DNA of 64,000 nucleotides from positions 35,526,001 to 35,590,000 of the forward strand of contig NC_043004.1 of NCBI RefSeq assembly GCF_006345805.1. The letters are read 5' to 3'. Within the stretch, counting starts at the first letter, position 1. Each line of letters opens with the position of its first letter. Shown here one piece after another: positions 38,458 through 51,640 of the stretch. The notes below the pieces were generated by a model, which saw only the letters and a list, made by a program, of their open reading frames with translations, was not told where the DNA came from and made no database searches. This DNA is from Octopus sinensis. Lineage: Eukaryota. Both the position numbers and the translations under genes were made by a program.

Positions 38458-38660
38458 ACGTATAAGTGCAGAGTATCAGTGTACAATATTATATAAGTGT
38501 ACAATCAGTGTACAATATAAGTGTACGATATAAGTGCAGAAAATCACTGTACAATCAATGTACAATATAAGTGCAGAATATCAGTGTACAATACAAGTGT
38601 ACAATCAGTGTACAATATAATATAAGTGTACAATCTGTGCACAATATAAGTGCACCCACA
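38458..38660. repeat. Minisatellite of 10-13 bp AGTGTACAAT/TATAAGTGCA subunits
   Basis: Directly visible. Confidence 0.9.
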
Positions 38661-40184
38661 TAAGGTCATATAAGTGCACTTGTCAAAGAACTGGCAGCAA
38701 TTTTGCTCAAATTCTACACATTGCAGAGTGTGGTTACTTTACCTACTCAGCTTGGTAATGGCATAATTAGAGCAGTTACAAATATGAAAAGTTTAGGACT
38801 GGTTATTTGGGTGGTTTGGGAAATAAAGGGACAAGATAGCATTTGAAAGATGTTGGGTAGGGTATTGATGGAGATATGTAACCTTTTGACCAACAAGTTG
38901 CACAAACTGTTGCCTCTTTTAAAGAAGAGAGAGTGGGGGTGGGGTTGAAAGAGATGTCTGAAAGCTTTAGATGAGTTTGTATTCCCAGTTGCCAAGTAAT
39001 ACATATTAGATTTTACACACTTCCACTTGCACATTAAGCACTTTTATGTTTTTGTGGGAAGACATCTTAACAAACACACCATGGACAAACTATAAAAACA
39101 GTACAAAGAAAAAGCCCTCTCAGAATGAAAACACATGAACCAAATAATTAGCAAATGCTTTCATTTCAATGAAATGGCACTTTGGATCTTCAGCTTTTTC
39201 ATTTCGAAATCACAACTTCTTTTCACTAAAATCCCATTGAATCTTAAATTATATGCCCAAAAAGAACAAAAAATAGAAATACCACTGCTATGCATGTATG
39301 ATACGACAAATTTAGTTTGGCATAAAATCAAACAGAGCTGAATATATAACCAAATATAAAACCAAATAGAAGTTGTTATATCAATGTTTTAAACTATGTG
39401 TGTTGAATAAAAACTTCTCAGTTTTTCTTTCCGGCAGCTTTTTTTGTTATTCTTTATTCATTTAATGAATATCAATCAATGACAGTATAGATGTTAGAAC
39501 TTCTCTCCTGATTATTTATTACATTCAATTTTCCCTTCTTTTATTTTTTATAAAATTATTATTATTTATTATTATTGTTTTTAATTTATTTTACAATTTA
39601 TTGATATCGTTATTTTTGTTTTTTTTATTTAATGCCAGTCACAGTTTTATTAAAATCTCTACATATATTAGATAAGGCGGCGTGATGTAGCAAGAATGTA
39701 TTTAATAGATAGGTGTGTTATTGGCATGTTTGGTGCTGACCAGTAATTGGATTTTGGAATCATCAGTGACTGTTCTTGGAGCTGTTTCTTATTGAGGAGA
39801 AAAAGGAGGAGGAGAAAAGGGGAAGGGATGAGGGGGAAGAAGAGAAGGAGGAAAAATAGGAAAGACTATAATAAGGAAAAGCAGAAACGGAAAATTTGAC
39901 TTGATCAAAGTGATTATTGCGAAGATCTCTTCCATATATTTTTTGATCTTCATCTTCCAATATCCAATTTCTTTGTGTCATGTATGTGTGTGAGACTGAG
40001 ATTGTGTGTGTGAGAGAGTATGTTTGTGTGTATGTTCACATATAAGTGTGTGCATGTGCATTTTAGTGTTGATGTTTCCAAAACTTTACACATGTTGTGA
40101 GTGTGCATTTTGACTCCCAAATAAATTGCATTTTTAAATGTAATTTTAAACATATTCATATTTGCGGATGTGTGTATAATCCTC

Positions 40185-42090
40185 ATCATCATTATTTAGC
40201 ATCTGTTTTCCATGCTGGCATGGGTTGAACAGCTTGACAGGAACTGGCAAGCCAGAGGACTGCACCAGGTTCCACTTTCTGTTTCAGCATGGCTTCCACG
40301 AGAGTATGCCCTTCCAAACACCAACCACTTTACAGAGTGTATTGGGTGCTTTGTATGTGGCACCAGCACCAGTGGGGCTACCAAGTAACTTGCAAGACAA
40401 AAGATCCGTGGAGAGGAGGGAGCACTAGAGGAGGTGGCTTTCTGCTGGGTGATGAGAGATTAGAGTAGGACAGAGTGACAAAAGCAGGTGTCTTGCGGTA
40501 GAGGAGATACCTGGTTACTACAGTGAGAGAGTGATCAAGGATGCAACAAAGCAAGAGTGGAAGAGAACAAGAGTGAAAGAGATGGTGGTGATGTGTGAGG
40601 GCATTCTGTCATGGTACAGGAACAAGAATATAAATTGGTTGTTAGAGTATTACTAAGGGAGTTCACATGAATTCAAAGAAGGGGGACGAGAGAGAGAATG
40701 CAGTGATTGGTGGGACCTGGATATATAGAGCAGGAGCAGTAGGATAGCAATAGTAGTAGGCAGAGTAGTGAGAACAGGATTGGGTTGCAGGAGTGGAGAG
40801 GGAGAAATAAGCATAATGCATGGTAAAAGAGGAAATGGAGAATGGAAGATGTAATTTGGCTCAATGGGGTGTGAGAAAAATTCTTTTAATATTACATGTA
40901 GGTGGAACACACAGCATCACTGAGGTGGGTGGGTCTTCTCAAGAACCTCATAGCACCAGACATTTCAGACCATTGTCATCTCCTCTGTGCGGTCCAACAT
41001 CCTGAGATCAGTCCTCAATACTTCACTTCATGTCTTTCTGGGTTTCCCTCTTCTACAGTTGCCTTCAACTTTAAGTGATTGGCACTTCGTTTGCATCACA
41101 CGACCAAGCCAGCAGAGTCTTCTCTCTTACATGCCAATTCCCCTGATTCCTCTTAGGCCCAACGTTCCTTTCAGCCAATTTACAATTTCTCATACATACA
41201 CACTGATCTTGCATATCTATCAGAGGATACCAGCTTAATTCCTCTCTAGTCTTTGCATGTCTTCTGCATTCAAAGTCCATGTCTCACTACCATGGAGTAT
41301 AGCCGTTCTTACACAAGCAACATACAATTTGTCTTTCACTCTGAGAAAGATCTTTTTGTTGCCAACAGAGGTAATAATTCTTTGAATTTCCTCCATTTTA
41401 TTTTTACTCTCGCAATAGTACTACTTTCAGAACATTCTCCACCACTGCTAATTTGGTCATCTAGGTAACAGAAACTATCCACAGCCTGAAGAGAACTTTC
41501 TGGGCATTTGAGAGAGTTTAATTCCCATGTGTCCTTAGTGAACTTGACTTTCTCTATTAACCATCTTGTGATTCCACTGCACATCTTGCGTGTCCATAAT
41601 TTTCCCTGCGTTCCACAAATGGAATGTCTTTCAACACCTTTCCCACTTACTGAGTGGAGCCATTTACCTGATGCAGAAAGAGTCTTGTCCACTTTCTTGC
41701 TAACAACAACTTTAGGATAATTCTAAGACCCTTTGATTCTAGGTTTTGCTTCCATACTTGGAATTTCCTCTCCAATTCTGCAATAAGAATGAGGTCATCA
41801 GCATACAGGAATTTCCAAAGGCAGCCACTTTAAAATTCTTCTGTTATGGCCTGGAGGACTATGATGAACAAGAGCGGAGTGAAAACTGAGCACTAGTGAA
41901 TCCCTACTTGTACACTAAACTCATCACTGAATTCATAGGTGATTCTCACCCTACTGACAGCACCAGTGTACATGACTTGTACAGTTATAACAAGTCACTC
42001 ATCTACTCTTAACTTCTTTAGTGACCATCAGATAATAGAGCAAGGGAGTCTCTCAAAAGCTTTCTCCATGTTGAAGAAAGCAAAATGCAA
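40185..42090 (-). mobile_element. 5'-truncated RTE LINE (RT to 3' tail)
   Basis: FNMEKAFE, FSVQVGIH*CSVFTPLLFIIVL, LYADDLILIAE, VDSFCYLDDQISSGG..KWRKFKELLPLL; continues through a long 3' UTR into the shared tail. Confidence 0.92.
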
Positions 42091-42267
42091 TGGTTTTCTT
42101 TTTGCCATATATATGTATATAATAATAATAATAATAATAATATATTGTTTATTCATCTTTGTACTTTTTGTGATCTAATTATTTGTTTTAAAATATATTT
42201 TATTTTTTATTTATGATTTGGTTTATGTCTATCATTGTTTGAATTGCATAATAGTGTTTTTGCTCTA

Positions 42268-42328
<61 letters not shown>

Positions 42329-42329
<1 letters not shown>

Positions 42330-42695
42330 CTATATATAAACGGCAGTTTGTCTGTGTGTGTTTCTGTGTGTCTGTTAGGTTGTACCCTCACCCTGACCAC
42401 GGCTTTCAACTGATTCTGATGAAACTTGACACACACATAGCCCAATGTCATAATTCAAAAGTAACGCAGCAAAAATTTTGAAAAGTTTCCCCAGTTCTGA
42501 AAAAAATCGATAAATTCGACATGGGGTCGAGAATCAGAAACACAAACCACAGACTGTCTAGGGGACGCAACTCGACCTTTTTAACTAAAAAAAAATTTAC
42601 CATAATTTTTTTTCCATTTTTTGGCTATAACTCTCTAAAAATGCTTTATAGTTATTTCCCTTACAAACCCGAGCAATGCCGGGCGATACTGCTAG
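42329..42695 (+). mobile_element. Non-autonomous Helitron
   Basis: A|TCTATATATAAA 5' end, GTCT/GT microsatellite, 3' hairpin CCCG-AGCAATGC-CGGG, then CTAG|T. Confidence 0.85.
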
Positions 42696-43449
42696 TATAT
42701 ATATATATACACACACATTTCAGTTTATGAATGAAAGGTAAAAGGTAATACAGTTGTGGAGTGTAAATATTTCTGTTATTACTGAGTATATTATCCTTTG
42801 TTATTCTAAGAGTATGCTAGTGGACACATAACTGATTCGTAATATATGTGACATGGTATTTATAATAAGAAATATTTCTTGTCATTCATGATGTAAACTG
42901 TTCAGGATACAGAAACGGAAATTATGTCAATAACTTGAGTGCTACTTGTGATAGGGAGGGTAACTTTTATCGTGTACTTTTACCAACCATGGGTAATATC
43001 AGAAGATATGGCATAGATACAAGAATTAAAATTCTTGGTTCTTATACAAAATGATAGAATAAAAATTTTCAAAATACAAATATTACCTTAAAATAAAATA
43101 AAATTATATAAATTTCTCATTTGTATAATTTCTTCCACATCTATCAATTATATCTTCTCCTTGCCCTGCTACCAAGCCTAGTATGTATGCTCAACCTACT
43201 TCTTTTCTGTTAACTCTGTCTGGATCTCCTTTTTTACATTCTCCCCACCCCACCTCATCTAAGATGCTGTAACGTCTGACTGGACTGACCGGCCAACCAT
43301 CCAATCTACCTACCAACCAACGTTTCTATTGGCTATCATCTTATATAGTGATGCTATATCACACAGAAACGGATCTTCAGATATTTTTATGTTTGTATTT
43401 GTATTATTTCTGCTGTTGGGCTTTGATGATTAAGTAACAGGTTGGCAAA

Positions 43450-43660
43450 GCTTTACTGTTATCATCATCATTCAACATCCATTGTTCATGCTGGCATGGT
43501 GGGGTTGGATGGTTTGACCAGAGTTGGCAAACTGGGGAGCTGCACCAGGCTCCAATCTTATCTGTCATGGTCCCTACACCTGGATCCAAACCACTTTACG
43601 GAGTGTGCTGGGTGCTTTTACGCGGAACCAGTACAAGTGCTTTTTATGTGGTGCTGGCAC
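43450..43660 (-). mobile_element. RTE-type 3' tail copy
   Basis: (CAT)n-TTCAACATCC..CATGCTGGCATGG..GCTGCACCAGGCTCCAATC..GGGTGCTTTTA. Confidence 0.75.
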
Positions 43661-44029
43661 AATTGACAGTGTTAGCATGGACATGGACATCACACTTAGA
43701 AATAGTGCATCCAAGTCACCCACATTTGAGGCAGTCGCAAAGGTCAACCTATCTAAGGAGCAATGGAAGAGCCTCCCTTTGGGAGAAGCACCTTGATGAT
43801 CATGGTTAACCTCTGTGCCAGGTAAGTATTTTCATAGAAATGCTTGTGATATCTACGAGGGCTACAGAAGTGTTTATGTTAAGGGAAATTTGTTAAAAAA
43901 GATATTTGAAAGAAAAGCATGGGTGGATGTGCTGAATCATTTTCAATCTCTCATATTTGTGTGAATGAGTGTTATTAGTATGTTGCACATATTGTATCCT
44001 TGTCACTTTCTGCTAAATCACTATTATAA

Positions 44030-44325
44030 TCTTCACGTGGCTTAGTGGTTAGGGTGTCGGACTCATGAGAGTAAGATTGTGGTTGCCATTCCTGGATTGG
44101 GCAACACGTTGTGTTCTTGAGCAAAACACTTCATTTCACACTGCTCCAGTTGGCAAAAATGAGTAATCTTGTGAGATCGTCAAACACATGTGGTCGACTT
44201 TGCCTTTCATCTTTTCGGGGTCGATAAAATAAGTACCAGTTATGCACTGGGGTTGATGTAATCGACTAGCCCCCTTCCCCCAAAATTTTCAAGGCCTTGT
44301 GCCTAGAGTAGAAATAATTATTATA
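44030..44325 (+). mobile_element. tRNA-derived SINE with a distinct head and the family-B 3' block
   Basis: A-box TGGCTTAGTGGTTAG, degenerate B-box, GTGTTCTTGAGCAAAACACTTCA domain, then CGGGGTCGATAAAATAAGTACCAGT..GGGGTTGATGTAATCGACT. Confidence 0.8.
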
Positions 44326-46129
44326 ATCTTAGCAAAAGTGGTGGATTGGTTGAAATTACTGGAAAAAGTTCTTTGTGACATTTTTCTGCCTCTTAACACT
44401 TTGTTTTGCAAATCCTATTGAGATCAACATTACCTTACACTTCTCAGGAGTTGATAAAGAAACAGCCAAGGGTATCAACTGGCCTCTGCCCTTCAAATTT
44501 GTTGGCCTTCTACCTAAATCGCAATATTAACAGACATGACTCAGCAACTCTTCTTTTAAAGAGTTGTTGGAAACCTGTCCACCTACAGAACTCTAAGACT
44601 AGAAAAAAGAAAAGAGGGAGCTTATTTAGGCTTTCTATTTAAATGATATGACTGCTTGTATCTAGACTTAAAGAAATATCCAAGAAAAGTTTCTTATATT
44701 GATACAGATCATATGTTCTAAACTAAATTCTCTAATGTTTGCAGTTATGTTTTTACCAAATCAGCCATTAGAGAGGTGCAATAGCATCAAACAATCATCT
44801 CTAAACAACCCTAATTTTAAACATAAAAGCATTTTTGAAGCAAGCTTAATATACATAAATCCTTCACAAACCATTGCTCTATTCTAATTATCCAGAGCCA
44901 TCATGAAATGCTCAGCAACTTTGCCCATAACTAAATGAAATTGCTAGAGAAAAGTAGTGACTTTCGAGCATTCATTGCAACTTTAATACTGGTATCATTA
45001 ACGTCAGATAATGAACTACTAAATGATGCAGCCTATAAATCAAGGGCTTTATGGGCAGAGGGATAAAAATCCACTATTTCAAATTAAGTGAATTTGCAAT
45101 TATGCTTAACCTCTATGTTATTAAACCACATAATTATGAGCCTGTTCTTATTTCAGAAAAGTAAATCATTAACATTACAAATTTTCAATTAATAAACCCT
45201 GAAAATAATTTACTACATATCCCTAATTCCCTCTTTGCAGGATTAATTAGTCCACACATGGGATTAGTTAAAACGTTATCCTTGTCGTCTTTCCTAGTTA
45301 TTTAGGACTGACACTTTGATGTTCAACTCCATCTTACGTTGGAATGGAGGTGCATTTAAGTTTGTATCAATACTGTTGTATCGTTTATAATTTTTTTAAT
45401 GGTTCTCTTACATTATTTGGAAGAAATAAATTCTAAAGAATAATGCTAGTTTTAAATAAAGTTTTATTTTGTGTAACAGGTAGAGAAATAGATGATAGAC
45501 AAACGGGCAGACATATGCTTGAATATGAAGATAGGCAGAAATATAGGTAGTTGAAAAAACATACACACAGATCTGTATATGTTATAGTTATGTGTGCGTG
45601 TGGTGAGTATTGACTGAAAAATACACAAATATCGTCTAAGTTATATAATATTACCATATAATTATGTCCCTGTCACCCATACATCAAATATTAATGTTTG
45701 TCTATGTGAATGTGTGTCTTCTCTGAGGTAAATGAGACTGTGATTTTTGTTTTGTTATTGACAAAAACACCTGTTGCATGTGTACATGTATGCATACGTG
45801 TGTGTGTGTGTGTGTGTGTGTGTTGTTACTGACTCTGACTCTATTTCACACAAAAACCTTCATGTATTCTTGCCATTTTTGCCTTTTTTCTATCTCAACT
45901 CCAACCTAGTTGCCATAACTTTAACTCTAAATTGTTCCCAGTCAAACAAGACAAAATCTTCTGGTTCTTTTGGTACCTTTGTCTATCTGTTAACTACATG
46001 ATATAGTAACAAGTCTTCAGGCTGTGACCAAAGTACTTGTGTACTTGTGCCAACTATGACCATCAACTTTTCAGTATTTCTTCATTTATATATATGTTAT
46101 TTCTATTGTCCACTTCAGTTCTCACAAAA

Positions 46130-46330
46130 TCAAGCTGGTGGTGGTGTTTCATAATAAGCATCCAGTACACTCTTTGGAATGGTTGGCATTAGGAAGGGCA
46201 TTCAGCTGTAGAAACCAAGCCAAAACAGACTATGGAACCTAGTGTGGCCCCTTGGCCTTGCCAGTTCCTGTCAAGGCATCCAACCCATACCAGCATAGAA
46301 AATGGACATTAAATGATGATGATGATGTAT
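46130..46330 (+). mobile_element. RTE-type 3' tail copy
   Basis: GGTTGGCATTAGGAAGGGCATTCAGCTGTAGAAACC..CCAACCCATACCAGCAT..(GAT)n. Confidence 0.8.
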
Positions 46331-47429
46331 GTCTGATTGTGTGGTTTGGAAATGAATGTGCAAGGAGTCAAATGGAAGAGTTCATAATATAGACACTCTT
46401 TGCTAACCTGTTTATTCCAACTGCCAAATTCTGCCACAAAACTCATTAAATGGCTTATTGGTAAATGCTTTGATCTATACAATAACTTTAAACTGACTTT
46501 ATTTTGATTTACTTCCATCTCTTTCATTACAATTAATTGTCTTAAATCTTACAGGAAATATCAAGTGAAATCATTAACTTTTTTGGTCTATTTACAAATT
46601 GTAAACGTGTCCAAGGGAGCTCATCTGAAAATATTCATTAGGTCAATCATGCCTTCAAATCATGACATCTGAGAAAGTGAACGGACTATAGAATTATTAC
46701 AGATTTCCATATATCATGGCATATATTACATAACTTTGTGTGAATTGCATAACATTGTATGAGATATAGAATAAATAATATCGCCCATTTATGGCAACAA
46801 ATGTAATGTCAAGTTGACTTCTCTTTTCCTCATCTGAATTATTATTTTCATTATTCACTCTGTGGGGCTAATATTAAGCCTACTGTTTCTTTTAGTAGCA
46901 ATCGAAGTCTTACGGATCTCCATTTGATTTTAAATACTATATGCTAGCCACATCCCACCATTACATTCAAATGAGGTGATAGCCAGGATGATAATTATTC
47001 CCTCAATTTATCTGTGTGTGTGTGTATGTATGTATCTATCCATCTATCTGTCCATTTATATATATATATATATTTATATATATAGAGAGAGAGGGTGTGT
47101 AAGATATTTGAGGACAGATTTATGTTTATAAAAAACAGATATATAATAACAGTTAATAACTTTCTTTATCAAAAAATGCTATGAGGATAAAAATAAACCT
47201 TCTTTTCTATAACAGAAATAGTAATATTTCTAAGTCCTAAAGGAGACTATGGCAGCAGTACTGGATATTAATAGTTATCGCCAAGCTAATATGGCAGTCC
47301 AGTTAGCTATGTGACATGCAAATCTCTCTCCATTATAACCTTCAAACAGGGCTAGAGGCAATGGCTTCTTGGAGCTAATCAATGGTAGCATTCGTCCTAT
47401 ATTTGCATGACTCAGATGAGGTTTATTGA

Positions 47430-47760
47430 GGCAATTTGTTTCTCAACAGATGTCTTTACTGCTGCCAACATTCACTGGTTTCCAAGCAAGGCCCTATTCC
47501 TGTTGTTCTTCCAAACAATGAGCAGCTTAACAGTTGGACATGTTTCCATAAGAGATGTTGACAAAAATATTGTGGATGAAGTGGCATTGTTTTTGCAGTG
47601 TCCAGACAGTCTGACATTTTATTCACAGCAGATATTATGTGATGGCACCATTTATGCAGGAGACAAACATTACCAAAAACAATGGGAGAAGAGAATGTCA
47701 ATGCTGGGCGATATATAGGCATTCCTGTGTATGTATCGTTGACCATCATGTATACATGTG
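47430..47760 (+). mobile_element. LINE RT C-terminal remnant
   Basis: FHKRC*Q/KILWMKW across a frameshift resembles 'FH.RCLR.IL.I.W'. Confidence 0.4.
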
Positions 47761-48954
47761 CATTCATTGGTGAATCATACTGTCTGCAGCCATGTGTAAA
47801 GTGCTGCACATGTAGTGATGCATAGGTGGGCATGTTTGAGAGAATTGAATGCTATGTTTATTGGTAAAGAAATTTATATATATATATACAACGTGATCTT
47901 ACAATATTTGAATAAATTAGAAACTAAAAACTATAATACATATTTGTGCAACCACATACACACTCGTACATATACACACATTCATAGAAGCACAAACATA
48001 TAAACATACACATACAGAAAAATCTTTTCTTAATATTCTCATAAAAAGCAGGAAATTTAAGCCATTAATACGAGACGCAAAACATTTAGCCTAATGGTAA
48101 TACCCAACTTTAGTGCAATAAATATTTAAATGGCATGATACATTCCAACAATCATTCTTTTACTTCTTCTATTTTTTATTTATAAATTTCAGATAAATTT
48201 GTTTATACAAATATACATGCAGTTTTCATTTCTTAATTTCAATGGAAACAAAAATGGTGATAATGGTAAGGATGGTGGTGATGGTGATGATGATGATGAT
48301 GACCTGAGTCAAATAATCATAAAGAATTCTGTATATGATGTGTGTGTCTGTGTATATGTGCATACACATGCACGCATATATGTATATACATATAAACACG
48401 TTCATATACACACACACACAAGTATATACATGTGCACGTGTATTTTTATGTTTCAATTTTGAGTAATTCTAATATAATATGAATTGTCCTTCACATATAT
48501 TTGTATGTGTGTGTGCATGTAATTTGTGATGTGTATGTATATAGGCCATCGCTTTAGACATAAATTTAAAATTGCTTTCAGGGTAAGAAGGAATTCTTTG
48601 AAAAGAAAATAATAGTGACTGTGAGATGGTAATGCAGTTCCCAGTCAAAAAAAAAAAAATACAAGAAATACAATTGAATTCATACACTTAATGCTGTTGC
48701 AGTTGCAAAACAGTAGCCCAGCAGCCAAAAGTAAAATTAATGAAACACTAATATCTATCTGTCTGCACACGCGTAAGGTAAAACAGAATCCAAAGAGTAT
48801 AAATGATGCTAGTCATGTGGATGTGCATAATTTGGTAAAAATAACAACAAGAAGAGTAAAGTGAAATTGTCACGGTGAGTGGAGTATCCAGTGTTTTGGA
48901 CAGGAGAAGATTACAGGGGAGAAATAAAAGGAAAGACTACAGTGTTCTATATTT

Positions 48955-49380
48955 TTTTATGTTTGTGCAACAGGCTGCAACTGACGGGGAACACAGGGCA
49001 ATGTCAGGTTGCATACATCAGGAGGAATGTTTGGAGAAAGAAAGTGGGTGAGAGAAGGAAAAGGTAAGAGAAATAGAAAGGGTAACAGAGGTGAGGGTGA
49101 GGTGGAGGGAAAATTTGAGGTGAGTTGGGAGGAGCTAAAAGATAAGAACAGGATTACAAAACTAAGATGGTTGGAGAAAGAGTAGAAGGAAAATGATTCA
49201 TTTAAACTTATTGGTGCCATGGTTCCAAGTTTTAATATGAATAGTTGTTCCTCCCATTTCCTTGAGTGTGTGGATCCAAGATGTGTTAGAGATGTCACAC
49301 ACTGATAAATGATAATGGAATGGCCCATTGCAATGAAGTGGGTACTGACAAGTCATCCTGGCATACATATTAATGCACTT
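48955..49380 (-). mobile_element. Penelope-like element 3' end (GIY-YIG C-terminus + 3' region)
   Basis: HSRKWEEQLFILKLGTMAPISLNESFSF fits the PLE 'RK..EQ.LI..LGTL.P.GLN..F' pattern; pyrimidine-rich tract and a relic hammerhead lie downstream. Confidence 0.7.
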
Positions 49381-49854
49381 TGAATGCGCTCATGAAAGCA
49401 ATTAGAAAGCCATTTTTAATTTAATTGAAATTTTCTTCCCTCGCTCTCCAAACTTCTCATGATATGGACGCAAGACTTCCAGTAATGTGAAACTGAGTCA
49501 AACAACTATTAAATAAAATACAAATCTCATCATTATTATTATCCTCATTTTTGTTGTCATCATCATTATTGCCATCATCATCATCATCATCGTCATCATT
49601 ATTGCCATCATCATCATTTTACTGTCCTCATTTCTACCGTTGTATGAGTTGGACTGAATTCATTGATGCAGATTTTCTATCGTCAAAAGCTCTTAGTATC
49701 ACCAAACTTCACCTATTTCTAAGTAAGCTAATATTTCTCCCATGAATGGATATGTTGTCATAGAAGACTGATAATGAATAGCCCAATCACCATCGCCACC
49801 ATCACATGAGAATGAAATTCATTTACAACTATCATGTGATGTGAAGACAAGGTG

Positions 49855-49888
<34 letters not shown>

Positions 49889-49919
49889 GCACACTCATAC
49901 ACACATACATACATGTATG

Positions 49920-50250
49920 TATCTCCCATGCCAGTAACATGTAAATAGCACCATTCGAGCATGGTCAAAGCCAGTGCCACATGACTGGCACTTGTGCCGG
50001 TGGCAAGTAAAAAACACCATTTAAGCATGGCCTATGCCAGTGCCACCTGACTGACTCCCATGCTGGTGTCATGTAAAACCACGTACTTCACTCTCGGAGT
50101 GGTTGGCATTAGGAAGGGCATTCAGCTGTAGAAACCTTGCCAAATCAAACTGAAGCCGGGTGCAGCCTTTGACTTGCCAGTTCTCAGTAAAACTGTCCAA
50201 CCCATGCCAGCATGGAAAGTGGTTGCTAAACGATAATGATGATGATGATG
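49920..50250 (+). mobile_element. RTE-type 3' UTR/tail copy
   Basis: VNTR units plus the shared tail and (GAT)n. Confidence 0.8.
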
Positions 50251-51229
50251 ATGATATGTATATATATATATATATATATATGGTAAGCTTCTTCCAGCTT
50301 TGAATATACCAAATCCTCTCAATGTTTTTTCCCCAAGGTGCACTGAGACTGAACTGAAAACCTTGTGGTTGGGAAGCAAATTTCTCAAACCACACAGCCA
50401 TAAAGATAAAAGTATACATGTGTGTGTGTGCATTAATGCATGCATCTGTGTATGTATGTACATATGTATGTATTATGTATCGTGCATGTATGTATGTATT
50501 ACGTATCGTGCATGTATGTATGCATCATATATGTATGTGTGTGTATGTATGTATGAATGTATGCATTATATATGTATCGTGTATGTATGTGTCATATATG
50601 CATGTATGTATGCATCATATATGTATGTACGTATGTATGTATGCATGTAAGAAATATAAACAAAAAACTGAAATGTCTGATGTATTAAATATTGTGCTAT
50701 ACGTTTGTAAACAAGAAATTTAGGATCAGAATTAACGATGAATCCTCTTGTGGAAATCAATCAACATCTATATTGATCACTGGGCAAACAGACCCTCATT
50801 TACCAATATGTTTCTCACTGAAATTGTTTACAAATGGATAACATTTAATATTGTTTACACACACAAATATCAATTAATGCTTTCAAAATTGTCAAGCTGA
50901 AACTTAACTCTTCTTTCTGTAAATAGGTGAGAGAGAGAGAGAGAGAGAGAGAGAGTGAGAGAGAAGAAAAAAAAGGTAGCATTCCCTAGTAACTTTCTAA
51001 GAAATCCCAGAAATCTTTCTTTCTCCCTCAATCTTATACAAAGCTGTGCAGATACACCAAGCAATTCCTGTTTTAATTCTCCGTCCACTCAATCATTCCA
51101 CAATGTAAATATGAGTGCAGCTGACTAGTGAATAGTTATCACTTATTTTATGAAACCCTGTAAAGCTAGTACTCTTGATGTGGTGGACATGGTAATTTGA
51201 ATTAACGATTACCAACGTGTGAGATTGTT

Positions 51230-51640
51230 ACCAATGTTGCCTTACTGGCACCTGTGCCAGTGACATGTGTAAAAAGATTCGAGCGAGGTCATTGCCAGTA
51301 CTGCCTGACTGGCCCCCCAGTACTGTGGCATGTAAAAGGGCACCATTCGAACGTGATCATTACCAACATCACCTTATTGGCACCTGTGCTGGTGGCATGT
51401 GTAAAAAGATTCAAGCGAAGTTGTTGCTAGTAACGCCTGAGTGGACTCCGTGCCGGTGGCACGTAAAAGGCACTCACTACACTCTCGGAGTGGTTGATAT
51501 TAGGAAGGGCATCCAGCAGTAGAAACTCTGCCAGATCAAGATTGGAGCCTGGTGCAGCCATCTGGTTCGCCAGCCCTCAGTCAAAATCGTCCAACCCATG
51601 CTAGCATGGAAAGCGGATGTTAAACGATGATGATGATATA
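51230..51640 (+). mobile_element. RTE-type 3' UTR/tail copy
   Basis: VNTR units, GGAAGGGCATCCAGCAGTAGAAACTCTGCCAGATC, tail; GATATACCAATG slippage repeats after the tail. Confidence 0.88.

Noticed and set aside
38207-38485. ~90-codon open minus frame (LPDHLLVSVGQ..)
   Set aside because: It is antisense to a probable LINE remnant and runs into a minisatellite
47456-47833. 125-aa minus ORF
   Set aside because: It is antisense to a probable LINE RT remnant; no recognised domain
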